Shown: piece by piece, positions 24,479 through 38,504 of the stretch | Layout: every line of letters starts with the position of its first letter | How positions within the stretch are numbered: the stretch's first letter is position 1 | DNA from: Heterodontus francisci | Taxonomy: Eukaryota | Reading direction: 5' to 3' | Length of the DNA: 64,000 nucleotides | NCBI RefSeq assembly: GCF_036365525.1 | Contig: NC_090412.1 | Span: 19,505,923 to 19,569,922 of the forward strand | Position numbers and translations under genes: made by a program | Notes under the pieces: generated by a model | Database searches by the model: none | Told to the model about the DNA's origin: nothing | What the model saw: only the letters and a program-made list of their open reading frames with translations

Positions 24479-26719
24479 GAGAATTCCCATTGGTTTGTTT
24501 ATTATTTTGATTAGTAAGTTTTGCTGGTTGTTGATGCTTAATTCAGTTCCTTAAAAAACGATGTTTAAAACATTTAACTTATTTCTTAAGCTTCTTTTTC
24601 CCTAACATTCATTTGGAAAATGGGGAAAATTTTAGATAGACTCAAATTTTATCAGCTGAATATTAGTTGTACAGGCTAATTTTCAGTCAATTGCAAAACA
24701 CAATATTGAGATGCAATTATGTTAACAGTTAATGTACTCTAAACATGTGAATATCCATGAGAGGGTGTACTAGATTTTTCAGTCCAGGGGGATCCCCAAC
24801 AGATCAGTTGTGGGAGCAAGGTTCACATCCACCTGACCCTGAGTGATGACCCTAGAAGACCTTCTAGGGTCAAATTCATTTACTTCTTTTCCTCAGAGGG
24901 CTGGGTGGTCTTCCCACTATGCTGGATTTCCCACCTTGGGTGCAGCGAGGGATATTGGTGCATCACTTGTTGCAATGCAGCACAGCTGGCAAGCCCTGGA
25001 TCTGCAGCAACAAAATCAATTGTTTTAAAATAGTGTGTATTGTCGGGTGCAACCCATTGAATGAAGCAGGGTGGTCCTTTAATTTTTTTTTTATGGCCCC
25101 TCTCTGTCATCTTATCAACTCTGGCCTCCTATGTTCATGAGTACATTTGACAGTGTAATGACTACCACTTGTCTCTTTGGGATTGAGTCAACAGCATGCC
25201 TGGTGATGGTAGATTCAGATGATGTAAATCCAACTTCACAGAATTGGTGACTTGTTACATGAGCTAAGCAGGCCGCCATGGGTTATTGATGATCAATTAG
25301 CCATACGGGATCATTACTGGGACCTGGAGGGTAGATTGTTCCCACTCAACTCCAAAATAACACTGCACACCAATGATGCAACTGATATGGTGATTCTAGG
25401 ATGCCAACCAGTGCAAAATTTACCAATGCTTTGTGCTGATTAGCTGAGTGGCATTAATTGGTTAAACCCCAAGAGTATTGCTACATACAGTTGGAAATCC
25501 CAAAGACCTGGTCCTTGCTGACTTTTTCCCATGTTCTCACAGCTTAGGTAAGGGGATGCATCCCCACAGCATGTACACACTGTATCTTGCCAAAAAACCT
25601 ACTTACATGAATTTCTTAGTAGTTTCCTTTGGAGATCCGTAAAGATGTCTATGGATATTTGTGAGTGTCTGACATCCAATGACCATAAAAACTAGATTTA
25701 TTAGAGGCACAACAGCACAAGAATAAATAAACAACATTTATATAATTAGCTTCAGGTTCTTTTTATGTTGTTTAATTTTGACTTTCTAGAATTGCTTCTT
25801 AATTTCCTGGAACAATGTATGGATCAAGAGTGTAAGAGAGAGAGAGAAATGTTTTTGCATACATGAAATCTGTATATTTCACCTAAATTTACTGTGTTAC
25901 ATGGGAAATTAAAAATAGCCAGTCCCCAGAAATACAGCAATTAAAAAAATCCTAGAAATTTCAAAAATAAATCCTGAAAAATAGAAAAAATACAAGAAAT
26001 TAAAGGGCACCAGAAAAGTCTTCTGAAAACACTAAATCCATTTCAGCAATAGAATAATAAGAAATGCAATTAGGACTCCCACTCCAATGACTGAAACAAT
26101 GGGGCAGCATTGAAGTGCCTCCTATTCCAATATGCTGTGAGCCTAGACTTCTGCACAGGAACCAAAATAATAAGTGCAAAGGATTACATTCATTTCTGCA
26201 GCATTGCACATATGCATGATTTTTGGTTGCCTCTTTGCAGCTTTTCCCACCTAAGACAGAGGAGGCTAGAATTCCTTCCGAATACTGCTTGGTCTTTGGG
26301 CAAGGTTTTGGTTGGCAGGGATGGAAGGTGGATTGGGAACTTGTTATGCTGTATCTCTGCAAATTTTTATGTCAGTCCAATTTTCTAGTATCACTTCCGC
26401 TGGACATTGATAGCACCTGCCCAAATATGAGAGGATGTATTTCAGTGAGGTTTTAATGATGCGGTGACCTCATATGTCTGTTCAACTTCTTTGCATTACC
26501 ATCATATCTAGTGTTGCTGGGCACTACATTAAAGACAGAAGCAAATTTATTGAGTCACTGTATAAAAGTCCTATAAAATTCTTTTATCTGAACTGTATTC
26601 TTTAGTTTCTTTCTCACTGTTAACAATTTACCATCTACCTTTTTCCCCTGCTGTGGCACTTCCATTTTCCCCCTCCCCCATTCCCAAGGACGCAGAATGA
26701 GTATTTTATTGACAATAAA

Positions 26720-27730
26720 CCCTGTATTGTGCTTATTGTAGATAAAAGAACAAAGCCATGGGAGCTCTTAAGAACCCATCCACTAGAACCCCACTACAAG
26801 TTGTTCCTACTTCAAACTGACTCATGAACAGTGTTGGTGCAGGCTGTGCTTCATAAGGAAGCCATCAATGAGTTATGCCACATGCTGCAACCTCACTTAC
26901 AGCATTCACCATAGATAATGCACTGCCAGAACCTGCGAAGTTCACCACCACCCAAACTTCTATGTTACAGGGTCATTCCGCGCTATCTCGGAGGTATCAA
27001 TCAGCTGTGCACAAATGTATTAAGCAAGCCACAGCTGCACTGTTTCCTTCAGCAAGCCAGTCTATCATATTGCCCATAGACTGGCCATTCCTGGCAGGAC
27101 AGGGCTCTGCAATTTTACTGACTGGAAGGATTCCCCAAACTACAAGGAGTCATAGATTGCATTCACATATGCTCCAGTCATCAATCCCATCATGTACATT
27201 AACAGGTATGGATTCCACTCACTCAATGTTAAGGTAAGTTGTGACCGGCAGCACTGCACAATGCAAATACATGTTCACTTTCCCAGTAGCTACCATGACA
27301 CCTTTATTTTAAGGCAGTGTAGAAAGAAAGACTTGCATTTATATAGCGCTTTGCAGGACCACTGGATGTCTCAAAAGTGTTTTACAGCCAATGAAGTTTT
27401 TTTTGAAGTATAGTCACTATTGTAATGCTGTGCCAGCACTCTTTCAACTAGAAAGCCAAGTGTTTAATTGGATTCTAGGAGCTCAAGGTCATTGCACGGT
27501 TACATCCATGTGCTTTCCCAGGATACGAAGAGAACTGCCATAACAAGAACGACCACTAGAGTCATTATACAACACACTATTGAATTGGTCTGGGATGCTC
27601 TGCGGTATAATCTGGATAGCGTCTCAAAGACTGTGGTGGTGTGCTGTATGCTGCACAACTTTGCCAAACCAAGTAGCCATTTCATTGTGCCTCCAGAGGA
27701 GGAAGGATCTAAACGGCAGCAGGGGATGAG
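26720..27730 (+). pseudogene. PIF/Harbinger (HARBI1-like) DDE transposase relic, interrupted by a SINE tail
   Basis: Frame-broken motifs GFPKLQGVIDCIH, YINRYGFHSLNVKVSCD, FPSSYHDTFILRQ, TRVIIQHTI and VVCCMLHNFA; SINE tail at about 27320-27428. Confidence 0.8.
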
Positions 27731-29889
27731 GTAGACAATGAGGAGTAGTGCAAGAAATAAACAATGTTTTCACACAATGAGTTTTGTGTCAGTGTGTAGT
27801 GGTTTCAGTTTCACACAAATGCTAAAATTTGTGCAGTGCAATTTGAATTTCAAGACCCAAGCTGACACTGAAAGGAAGTGGGGTGAAAGAAACTTAATCC
27901 TCGAAGGATTGTCCCTCTACTTCGCTCTGGATTCTGGTGGAGTTACACTGTGACTGCAGCATTGGTGGAAAGCTGCAGTTATTGTGTGAACACATCCTAA
28001 TGCTACAATTTCTAAAAGCAGAAGACACTACAATTACCATGTATCATACACTGTGATCATTTCTAAATAAGGAAACATTCCTAAAGAGCAATAGGAGACC
28101 CTTGGTAATTCTGATGAAATGTTACGTAAATTTCCCTTTCTGATGTTGAATGACTTGCTGTATATTTCCAGAATTTTCTCTATTATTTTCAAACTTACAG
28201 TATTCTCATTTTGGTTTTAATTCTCCATATCGTGCTGAGTTTTGAATTCACAATTTTTTTCTTGTGAACCTTTGTTCTTTATTTGAGAAGCACCACGCTC
28301 TATTTATAATCTGCAATGTTCAGTCCAGGACTACATTGAGCCCCACCTGCTCCTTTGTCTGCTCCTGTGTCATGTTACAGAGTATCCGCTTTACATGCTG
28401 TCATTGCCTTTTCATTCCATTTACTCTAGTGTCTGTGTTTTAATTCCCCCCGGTATCAATCAACACCTGCATTGGGTATCAAACCTGTACCTGATACCAT
28501 ATTTAGCAGTTTGTTAAATACGCTGGAGTCTTTTCCTGCTCAACCAGTGGACCAAAGAGTCAAACAGTTGTAAATTTCTCACAGAAGGATGTAGATCACA
28601 TCCTGTATTTAGTTTCTATCCTAACTCTTTGATCACAGCTTACGCAACTATGCAGCATCTCATTAAGATTTCTGCTACATTCACTGCTGTTGGACCTATT
28701 GACTCCTTGCAGATACGATTAATTTCCTCTCATTTAACTCTTATGCCATTTTTATTATCTTCACTGCAGACAAATAAGTAAATTAATTATCACAACTTTT
28801 TAAAATGTCCAGTACAGATATACAAGTTCACTAAACAGAACAAAGGTAGAACCTCCAGAATTTAAGAATGAATGGAAGTATTGTATCCAAAAAATTCAAG
28901 CATTGTGTTGCTATGGAATACACATCAATGAAGTCAAATTGACGTCGATAAATTGTTGCTAACCTAGATTCAAGAACTTTCTTTGTTGATAATCAAGTTT
29001 GTGTCATGGCCCTCAGACACTTCTATTTTGGTAGTGAAAGATGAAAGATTACATTATTTCCTACCCATAATTATGTTGTAACATCCTCACAGTGTTACTG
29101 CCTTGTACATTTTGAATTGTGATTACACTTATATTTACAGTATATTTAACATAAGGTACAAAAGTAACATTTCATCATAGAAAGCATGCTTAACTATGGA
29201 GCTTGGCCACACTTTATATCTACAAAATGTATGTGGGTATGATGTACTTTACCTGATACCTGGTCACATTGATGAGATTCACATGGACAGGTAGATGCAC
29301 CTTCTGCGGGGAAACACTGTACTTTTAATGACAATTATAAAGAATTGAATAGTTTACGAAATGAATGAGGACACTGAACTGGTTCCATTGGATGCAAATT
29401 GTGTATCAGTACATTTGACTGTAATTGTGTGGAAATATTCACTAATCCATATTCCTATATGGATACTGGCTCATTTCCAATCTCAGCAAACTTTGACCAA
29501 ACTTGGCTTTCTTTTCCGAAGTTTTTCTTTTATTTTTTCCTACTCCCATTGTCAGTCAGCGTGGGTGTGTCACTCATCCCTCAAGCTGAATTCTGCCACT
29601 TTTCATGCACTCATTCACAATTTGCTGATCATTCTTTTTTATTAGTTTAGTTTGGTTCATTGGAGCCCTTTAAAGAGATAAACCTTACTAGGAGAACAGA
29701 ACAGCCCTTTACCAAGTCAAATTACCTGCTCTTGGCTCCTTCCTTATGAGAAACTATATAAAACAATCTGATAATAAGATGCACCTCAGCAGATTACTTA
29801 CTTTTAATCCAAATGTACCATTATGGAGTGGTCTACTGCTTGTAAAAAATCTGTCATCGGGGAACTATAAGACACAAGTCAGTAGTGTG

Positions 29890-30560
29890 AGAGGAGCATA
29901 TGAACAGGAGCAGACCATTCAGCCCATCGAACCTGTTCTGCCATTCAAGTAGATCATGGCTGATCTGTTTCAGAACTCCTCTACCTGCCTTGGTTCCATA
30001 TCCCTTAATTGTCTACCAAACATCTATCAACCGTTTGAAATTTTCAATTGGCCTAGCCACAACAGCTTTTTAGGGGATAGAGTTACAGATTTCCATGACT
30101 GATTGTATGATGGAATAAATCTCCCTTGCTTGGTTGGGTATAGGCTCAACAACACTTAACAAGTGTGACACCTTGCATGGCAAAGCAGTCTGCATGACTG
30201 GCAGCCCATGCACATGCAGAAACATGTGCCTTCCAGGACTGCAGTGTGTACTAGCCACATGATGCACTGCAGCAACTCACCAAGTCTTATTCAGCAGCAC
30301 CTCCCAGACACCAGCACCTAGAAGGACGAGGGGCAGTAGGTGCGTGAAAACAGCTGCACCTCCAAGTTTCTCGCCAAGACACACACCATCCTCGCTCAGA
30401 CAGGCATCGTTGTTCCTTCATGGTTGCTGAGTCAAAATCCTGGGACTCCCAACCCAGAAGCACGGTGGGTGCATCTGCACCATATAGACTGAAGTGGTTC
30501 AAAAAGAAGGCTCACCGCCACCTTCTGAAAGGTAACTGTGATGGGCAATAAAATACCCGC
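29890..30560. mobile_element. CR1 3' tail (minus) followed by LINE 3' end (plus)
   Basis: CCATTCAGCCCATCGAACCTGTTC; 30150-30560 is the reverse complement of the family at 5005-5215. Confidence 0.65.
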
Positions 30561-31509
30561 ATTGTATTTCCCGAAAATTAATTCAAAAACGACAGCCAAA
30601 CTACATGGCTTGGGGAATTTGAGATTATCTCCAACTGACATCACCTGGCTGCAATGGAAACGGCAATCGGTGCAATGAAAACTTTTTTAAAAAACTTTAA
30701 CATTTAAAATTAGACTTACCCAGGTGTGCCACTGGATTCCCTTTGTGTTTTCAGTGTTAGCAGAGAGCAGTGACACTGTCGAAATCAGGTGCTCCTGCTG
30801 TGGGGAATTACAAGCGCCCGATCATGCTGATAATAGTGGTATAGCATTGCTCACTATAACTGCTCAACGAACATTAACCCGGACATAAAACTCACCTTGA
30901 AATTGGGTCAAAATTGGCTGCAGCGTGAAATGTAAGAGGAAAGATGGTTAGCAGCCCAGCGATAGATCCAACCCCTTATTTCGCATTCCTAGATCGATGG
31001 TTAATGTGTATTCGAAGCATTGCAATCGCAATTAACCATCTTCAAGGATTCCTAATGATTGCATTATACAATGTGTTAGAAAACAAGCCTCCACTTTGCC
31101 AACCATTTTTGTTTATTCAAAAAATACTCTTTATACTAATTTCGGGTGCATATTGTTGGTTTATAAATATGAGAGTTTGCATAACTTTGAAAAAAAAGAT
31201 AAAAAATGTAAAACACTGGGAGGCCCTATGCTGCTGAATGATGCAGTTACTTTAAGACTTCCGTTCCCAGTTCAATTATGTGTAAAGATTGCGCGAAGGG
31301 CACTTAAAATGTCCCATCGTGTGAGGCCTTGGAACAGGGCGGCTTGCTCTTTGCACCATGACACGTACAATGTTCTCGGAGCACCCCCTAGAGGACATTC
31401 CGCCTGGCAGCAATGTGCAGTGTGGACTCCCTGCAAGACAACTGCAGGAAACCCACATTGGCCCAAACCTGCTGCTGTTCTGGAGAAACTGCAACATTTA
31501 CAAAGAATT

Positions 31510-32060
31510 ACATACTATTCACAGGACAGAAACAGGCCATTTGACCCACCCGTTCTAAGCTGGTGTTTATGTTCAACAGGAGCCTCCTCCCACCTGACTT
31601 CATCAAACCCCATCGACATCGCCTTCTATCCCCCATCCCCCTCCCTCTCCCCCTCCCCATGCATTTAGCTAAGTTCTGCTTAAATGCATCGCCTCAACCC
31701 ACTCCATGTGGTAGCGAGTTCCACATTCTACCCAGTTTCCGAATAAGTAAGTCTTTCCTGAATTCCTTATTGGATTTATTAGTGACTATCTTATATCAAT
31801 GGCCCCTAGTTTTAGACGCACCTACCAGTGGAAACATCTACTCTGCCCTATTGCATTCCTTCACATTTCCCTCAGGTCACCTCTCAGCCTCTTTCCGTGA
31901 GAAAACAACCTCAGCCTGTACATCCCGATAGTTCTAATCCTTCAGTCTGATATCTTCCTTGTTAATCGTTTGTAGCGCGTTCTCCAGTGTCTCTACATTT
32001 TTTTTTTATAGAGACCAGAATTAGGCACAATGCTCCAAGTATGGTCTAAGCAAGGTTAGC
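31510..32060 (-). mobile_element. CR1 3' portion
   Basis: GGTAGCGAGTTCCACATTCT, CCTGAATTCCTTATTGGATTT and AGACCAGAA..GCACAA..CTCCAAG motifs. Confidence 0.65.
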
Positions 32061-33499
32061 AACATGACTTGCATGTTGAGTGAAAGTAAAGAAATACAAT
32101 GGAGGGAATGTGCACTGTTGGAGCGAGCTGAAGCACTTACATAACTTGTTTACATAACAATTAACACTTTCCCCATTGTAATAAACTCCAACACTAAATA
32201 ACATATATACTCAATAAAAAATCGTTAACATAAATACTAAATAAATATGGATCTAGATTTTAGGCACGTTTTAAAGACCAGTTAGGAGATTGGTTTTAAT
32301 ACTTTCGAACTGCAATTACAAATACTAAATTATATCTGCTCTCAGATAATTTCTGTGCCAGAAATGCACAAGAGTTGTTGGTTTTTGTTCACCTTTTATC
32401 TGCATTACCGGACGTCACAGTGTGTTTTAATCAAAATTAGTGAGGCTGTGTTGTGCGTGGGGGAATGTGACGTTAATTACCCGTTATTTTCTCTTAGAGT
32501 TCAAGAAAGGGAAACTGAGACCAACCCTACTCCAGATAAAATTAGTTAAATAAAACAGCAGAGAAGGAAAATATCAAGTGAGGTTACGCGCGAATTACAA
32601 ATGTAATTACATTTTTAAATATGTTTCAGTATGCAGTGTGCAAAAGTGATGGCTTTAACTGTTTCATCTTGAAATTTGTGAATTTAAAATAAAATGGCTA
32701 AATTAGAGGTTTGCCACATTACATGCACTTGCATGTACAATTGTGACAATATTTACATTTTTCAATAGTGATTACAATGTTAGGATTCTATGGTACATTA
32801 CAGACTACAGTAAATGAACATTTCCAAAGAAAACCCCTTATTTCTGATGCTCTTGAATAGACAAATGGATCCCCAGGACCAAATTCGGAAAACTGCAAAT
32901 AGAGCGGCACTAGCGCCATCCTGTGGTGAACTGGGAGATGTGGGAATGAGACAGGTAGAAATGTTCCTCATTATGCTTTGTATAATCACATTTTAAATAA
33001 AACATACTTATATACCAGCAGTATATTATTATTGTGAACAAGGTCGATGATAAACCCAAATACACATCTCATGACATAGATTTCAGTATAATTAGACATC
33101 TGTGTTTAAGGAAATATTAAAAACTTAGGAAAATGATCCTGTGGGTTGCTATTCCACTTTTAAGAGATAATCGTGGCTCTTTCAAAATGAGCCATTGCCA
33201 AGGTAATAAATTGATACATTAATGTTTTTATTAACTGCAAATGACGTTTTCATTAAACAGTGTTTACGACATGTATGAGGTTGAAATTATGTTTTTACTG
33301 AAGAAGTATGAAAATGTGTAATGTTTGGAAGAGATGAACACTAGTTTGAAAGCTTCTACAATGTCATGCCACTAACTGCATTTTTATTCAAGGCTGCTAT
33401 ATTGCCTTACTGTCAAATTGAATGTGCAAAGTTTCAGAGAAGCAATAACTTTTAAGGAATCTTCCTAAAACCGGCCTTTAATATTCTATGTTGTAAGGT

Positions 33500-35060
33500 A
33501 TATGACCTGAAATTAGATTAAATGCCACTGGCAGTAATTAACTGGCTTGAAGCCGGTTGACCTTCAGTTCTCCTGCCGTTTCCTCCAATTCAAAGGATTA
33601 GAAAGTAGCCATGGTTTGCAAATTAGATCTTCAGTCAACGGACGCCACCGATAACTTTCAGTCGGCAGCGATTAATTGACGCCCTCCTTTAAAAATGACA
33701 GGAAAAAATCTATATCATGAATGAACATCAGACCAAACCCACAGTTAAACACTTTACTACATGAGTGAAATGTTGCTCTCGATTGAATTGGGATGTTTCC
33801 TCCTCTGCATTGGGTAATATTTTCTAAGAGTTCACAAAATGCAATGATGCTTTGTGAGTATTTTTTTTAACAACTCAAAACGTGTTGAAACCCACCGTAG
33901 TACAATATGGTGGAAGTAGAAAGTGTAGCCTTTTGAAGATATCCTCGGAATACTGTCTAAACAGAAAGCGCCTTGTGATATATCAGCGCAATCAAGCGTC
34001 GCTCATTAAAAAACTTCCAAAGATCTTGACAAAGGAAATGAACTGCATTCATTTCCATTCGATTCTCTCTGCCGATATTTCATTCAGCGTTAACAGCGTT
34101 CAGCAGTGTGGATTTGCCCTTTAAACTGATAAATATTGTTAATGTTGATTTGGCCCATAAATATAAAAAAATACATTTTTAAGTGACGCAATCGTTTTAA
34201 AAATTTGACATGAATTTTCAACAAAAAGCGTTGCATTTTTCTAAAAGCTAGTGAGAGTGTAACCCACGTGGCTGAGTAACAGATCTGTGTCCCTCTAAAG
34301 ATTGGCTCCCATATCAAAATATTCGATGAAGCACCCACGTCTCCATTGCATTTTTCGTTGCTATTGCACTGACCCGAACTGCTAAAGCGATAAGCTCGGT
34401 CCCAGTCACCAACAAACATTTCCAATTGGTTGAGTCCGATGGTAAGACACGGCCATATGTTGTGAGGCGGTGTTAAAACGTTTAATCACATATTGTGCAG
34501 GGATTAAAGTCACAACAGATTTAGTTTACGTAATGCAGTGGGGAAACTTGGGGCCCCTTTTATTCCTCGCTTTTAAAAAGCACAGCGACTGGAAAAGGCC
34601 GCAAAGTGACTGCTGAGTAGACTGCCCATTATACAATGCAATTTAGTGGGACAAATAGAATTAATAACAGAATCGCAAGGTCGTTGGTGAGCTATTTATT
34701 GATCCCTAATTAGCACACTGAGTTTGCACTGATATACTTTGAAGAACGTCTCAAATGAATAAACTTTAATTTATAAGTTGCTCAATACGCATCGATAACC
34801 AGAACACAAATTCTGCAAGGTTCAGACGGGACTTTTTCTGCTCCGGTATTGATTTGGCTTTCCTAACTGGAGTTCTATATTAGCAATCCTGTTTGCGACG
34901 CTTAATTTTTGTACAGTTTTTTTTTATAGACAATGGTTCACTGTGTCATGCTGAGGAGCTCCATCCTAATGAGATTAAACGTTTAACGACAGTGAATGGC
35001 TGTAATCTGCCTCATCCGGTGTCTCGGGATTTAAGACTGGGTGACAGTCAGTCTGCCTTC
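33500..35060 (+). promoter_or_regulatory. Putative RBP3 photoreceptor promoter/enhancer with clustered homeodomain (CRX/OTX, RAX-type) sites
   Basis: AATTAGATTA 33511, GGATTA 33595, CAAATTAG ~33620, GGATTAAAG 34501, CTAATTAG ~34706, CTAATGAGATTAA ~34967, TAATCT ~35003; no recognisable repeats; CRX/OTX control of IRBP is established in other vertebrates. Confidence 0.45.
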
Positions 35061-35163
35061 ATTTCATAACGAGAGGTGAAGAGTGTTGCTTCGAGTCCCT
35101 ATTGCTGATATACTAGGACCTTTATAGTTTTTTTTTGCTGGGGAAAACACCTCGTTAAGAAGC

Positions 35164-38163
35164 ATGGCTGGAAGTGCCTGCTTATGGCTGACAGTTGTAC
35201 TGTTCAGCTATGCGCCCACTGCTGAGCTGTTCCAGTTAACACTAATGTTGGACATGGCCGAAGTTTTGCTGGACAACTACTGCTTCCCAGAAAACTTGGT
35301 CGGGATGAAAGAAGCCATCAGGCAAGCCAATCAGAGCGAGGAGATACTGCACGTGACCGACCCCCAAACTTTGGCCGGAGTGTTGACCGCAGGAGTGCAG
35401 GGTGCTCTGAACGACCCTCGGCTGCTGGTCTCATATGAACCCGGAACCTCCTCCTCTGAGCCGGTAGCTCTCCCTCCCCCAAGCCCCGAGATGCTTGTGG
35501 ACCTGATCCAGCACTCAATCAAATTCGAAATTTTAGAAAATAACGTGGGATACTTAAGAATTGACCACATCATTGCAGACGACATCGTCAAAGTGGTTGG
35601 CCCAACTCTGATAGACAAGGTTTGGAAATACATAGTCAGCACAGATGCTCTGATTCTGGATCTGCGATACAGTGACAGTGGGAAAGTGTCTGGGATCCCT
35701 TTTGTCATCTCCTACTTCTGCGACCCCAACATTAAGATTCACATCGACTCCATTTACGACCGTCCGTCCAATTCCACCAAGGAGATATGGACACTGCCCA
35801 GTCTTTTGGGGGAAAGGTATGGCAAGGATAAAGATCTATTGGTGTTGATCAGCCAGAACACCCAGGGAGTGGCTGAAGATGTGGCGTACATTCTGAAGCA
35901 CTTGGACCGGGGACTTTTGGTGGGCGAGAGAACAGCGGGTGGGACATTGAACATCCAGAAGTTCCGCATTGGGTCATCCGATTTCTTCATCACAGTTCCC
36001 CTGTCAAGATCCATCAGTCCCATCACTGGGCAAAGTTGGGAAGTAAATGGCGTTTTTCCAATGGTGCTGGTGAAAGCAGACAGGGCACTTGAGAAAGCAA
36101 CATCTATTCTGGCTGTTAGGAAGGCGGTGCCCAATGTAATCCAGAGGGTTATTGAGCTGTTGGACACCAGTTACTCCTTTGTGGATCACGTACCTGCCCT
36201 GGCCCACCAGGTTTCTAAAGCTGCCTATTCAACTGTGATTTCAGAGCAAGACCTGGCAGCAAAGCTTAACTATGAGCTGCAGGCCATCTGTGAAGATCCA
36301 CGACTAATGATTAGAGTAAGGTCAGAACCCCCAGTCACCATAGAGCAAAGCCCGTCAGTGGATGTACCAAATGATGCCACTTCCTTCCAACATCTGGTAG
36401 ACGCCATGTTTCAAGTGGAGATTTTGCCGGGCAATATAGGATACTTCCGATTCGATGAGTTTCCAGACGATTCTGTGCTGATAAAATTAACCCCAAACCT
36501 AACTACAAAAGTGTGGGAACCAATTGAGGACACTGACAATGTAATAATAGATCTTAGGTTTAACATGGGTGGTACTTCGGCTGCAGTGCCTCTGCTGCTG
36601 TCACATTTCCAAGATCAAACACCACCCATTCTGTTTTTCACTGTCTATAATAGGCTGACCAACACCAGTAAAGAATTCTCCACCCTTCCGAATTTGGAAG
36701 GAAACACTTATGGGTCAAAAAAGGGCATCTATGTACTCACCAGTCATCATACTGCCACCGCTGCTGAAGAATTTGCATACCTAATGCAGTCATTGAGCCG
36801 GGCCACAGTGATTGGGGAGATCACATCTGGCACCCTGTTTCATTCCAGATCATTTCAAATCGAAAATACCAATTTGGTTATCACTATCCCATTCATAAAT
36901 TTCTTAGATAATAATGGAGAGTATTGGTTAGGTGGCGGTGTGGTACCTGATGCAATAGTATTAGCTGAGGAGGCACTGGATAAGACAAAGGATATTATAT
37001 TGTTCCATGCTGAAGTGTTTCAGTTGGTGGAAGACACTGGAAATCTCCTAAATGTCCACTATGCCATCCCAGAGGTGGCTGCCAAGGTCAGCTCGGTGCT
37101 CAATTCAAAGTGCTTGGAAGGTTTGTATCGTTCCGTTGTGGATTATGAGTCATTGGCTTCTCAGCTGACCTCTGACCTGAAGGAGATTTCCGGTGATCAC
37201 CGGCTTCATGTTTTCTACAGCGATACCGAACCTGAAGTCCTGGAAGACCACGCTGACAAAATACCTTCACCTGAAGAGCTCAGCTACATCATCCATGCAC
37301 TTTTCAAAGTTGAAGTGCTACCAAACAATGTAGGGTACCTACGATTTGATATGATGGCCGATGCAGAAATCATCAAGGTTATTGGCCCACAATTGCTAGA
37401 GCAAGTGTGGAACAAACTGGTCAATACAGACACTCTGATTATTGACATGAGACACAACATTGGCGGGTATTCAACTGCCATTCCAATTTTATGCTCTTAC
37501 TTCTTTGGCCCAGAACCTGTCCGTCATCTTTACACAGTGTTTGACCGCTCTACCCTGTCTAGTACCGAAATATGGACAATGCCCAAGGTACTGGGCCAAA
37601 GATATGCCTCTCATAAGGATATCTACATCTTAACCAGTCATATTACAGGTTCTGCGGCAGAGGCATTCACAAGAGCAATGAAAGACTTGAATAGGGCAAC
37701 AGTCATAGGGGAGCCAACTATTGGAGGTGCCTTGTCTGTAGGCACATACAGGATAGCAAATAGCAATCTCTATGTATCTATTCCAAATCAGGTTGTCCTG
37801 AGTGCCGTCAGTGGAAAGGTATGGAGCGTTTCTGGAGCTGAGCCGGATGTTGCAATCCAAGCCAACGAAGCCATGGATGTTGCACTTAGCATCATCAAGC
37901 TTCGAGCCAAAATTCCATGGATTGTCCGAACGGCCGGAAAGCTGGTCGCTGATAACTATGCCTTTGCTGAAACCGGTGCAGGGGTAGCTGGGCAGATTGC
38001 TGAACTAGTCAATAAGGGGAAGTACAACATCATTAATTCTGAGGTTGAGCTGGCTCAGAGATTATCAGAGGACCTTCAGAAACTGTCAGGCAATAAACAT
38101 CTCAAGGTAGTGCATATCCCTGAAAACTCAAAGGACCATATTCCTGGTGTAGTCCCAATGCCG
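35164..38163 (+). CDS. RBP3: RBP3 (interphotoreceptor retinoid-binding protein) exon 1: signal peptide, modules 1-3 and start of module 4
   Basis: 3000-nt exon with repeated ~300-aa modules (NVGYLRID / NIGYFRFD / NVGYLRFD, IIDLRFN, AEEF, IGE.T.G); ends at PGVVPMP with phase-0 donor CCG|GTAGGT. Confidence 0.97.
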
Positions 38164-38293
38164 GTAGGTTTAACTCCTACCTTCAGAAATATTCTAATCT
38201 GAAATAAAATTTGCCTCAACTTAAGAAAATTAAACAATGTACTCAGTATTTGTGTATATTAATTGAAGTCTTATTTATATGTCCTTTTCCTAG

Positions 38294-38484
38294 ATTCCAG
38301 CCCCTGAGATGTTTGAGGACCTAATCAAATTTTCTTTCCAAACAAAGGTGTTTGAGAATACTGTTGGCTACCTCCGATTCGACATGTTTGGCGACATTGA
38401 ACTCATTACCCAAGTCTCAGAACTAATGGTGCAACATGTCTGGAATAAAATTGCAAACACCACTGCGCTTATTGTGGACCTGAG
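38294..38484 (+). CDS. RBP3: RBP3 exon 2
   Basis: ttttcctag|ATT; encodes [34 protein letters not shown]...IVDL; donor AG|GTAACA; 191 nt. Confidence 0.95.
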
Positions 38485-38504
38485 GTAACATATGCTGTAA
38501 TGTT

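Noticed and set aside
26720-27730. Domesticated HARBI1 gene
   Set aside because: Frameshifts, deletions and a SINE insertion indicate a dead transposon copy
35164-38202. 1012-aa ORF as the complete RBP3 gene
   Set aside because: It reads through the exon-1 donor at 38164; three further in-phase exons complete module 4
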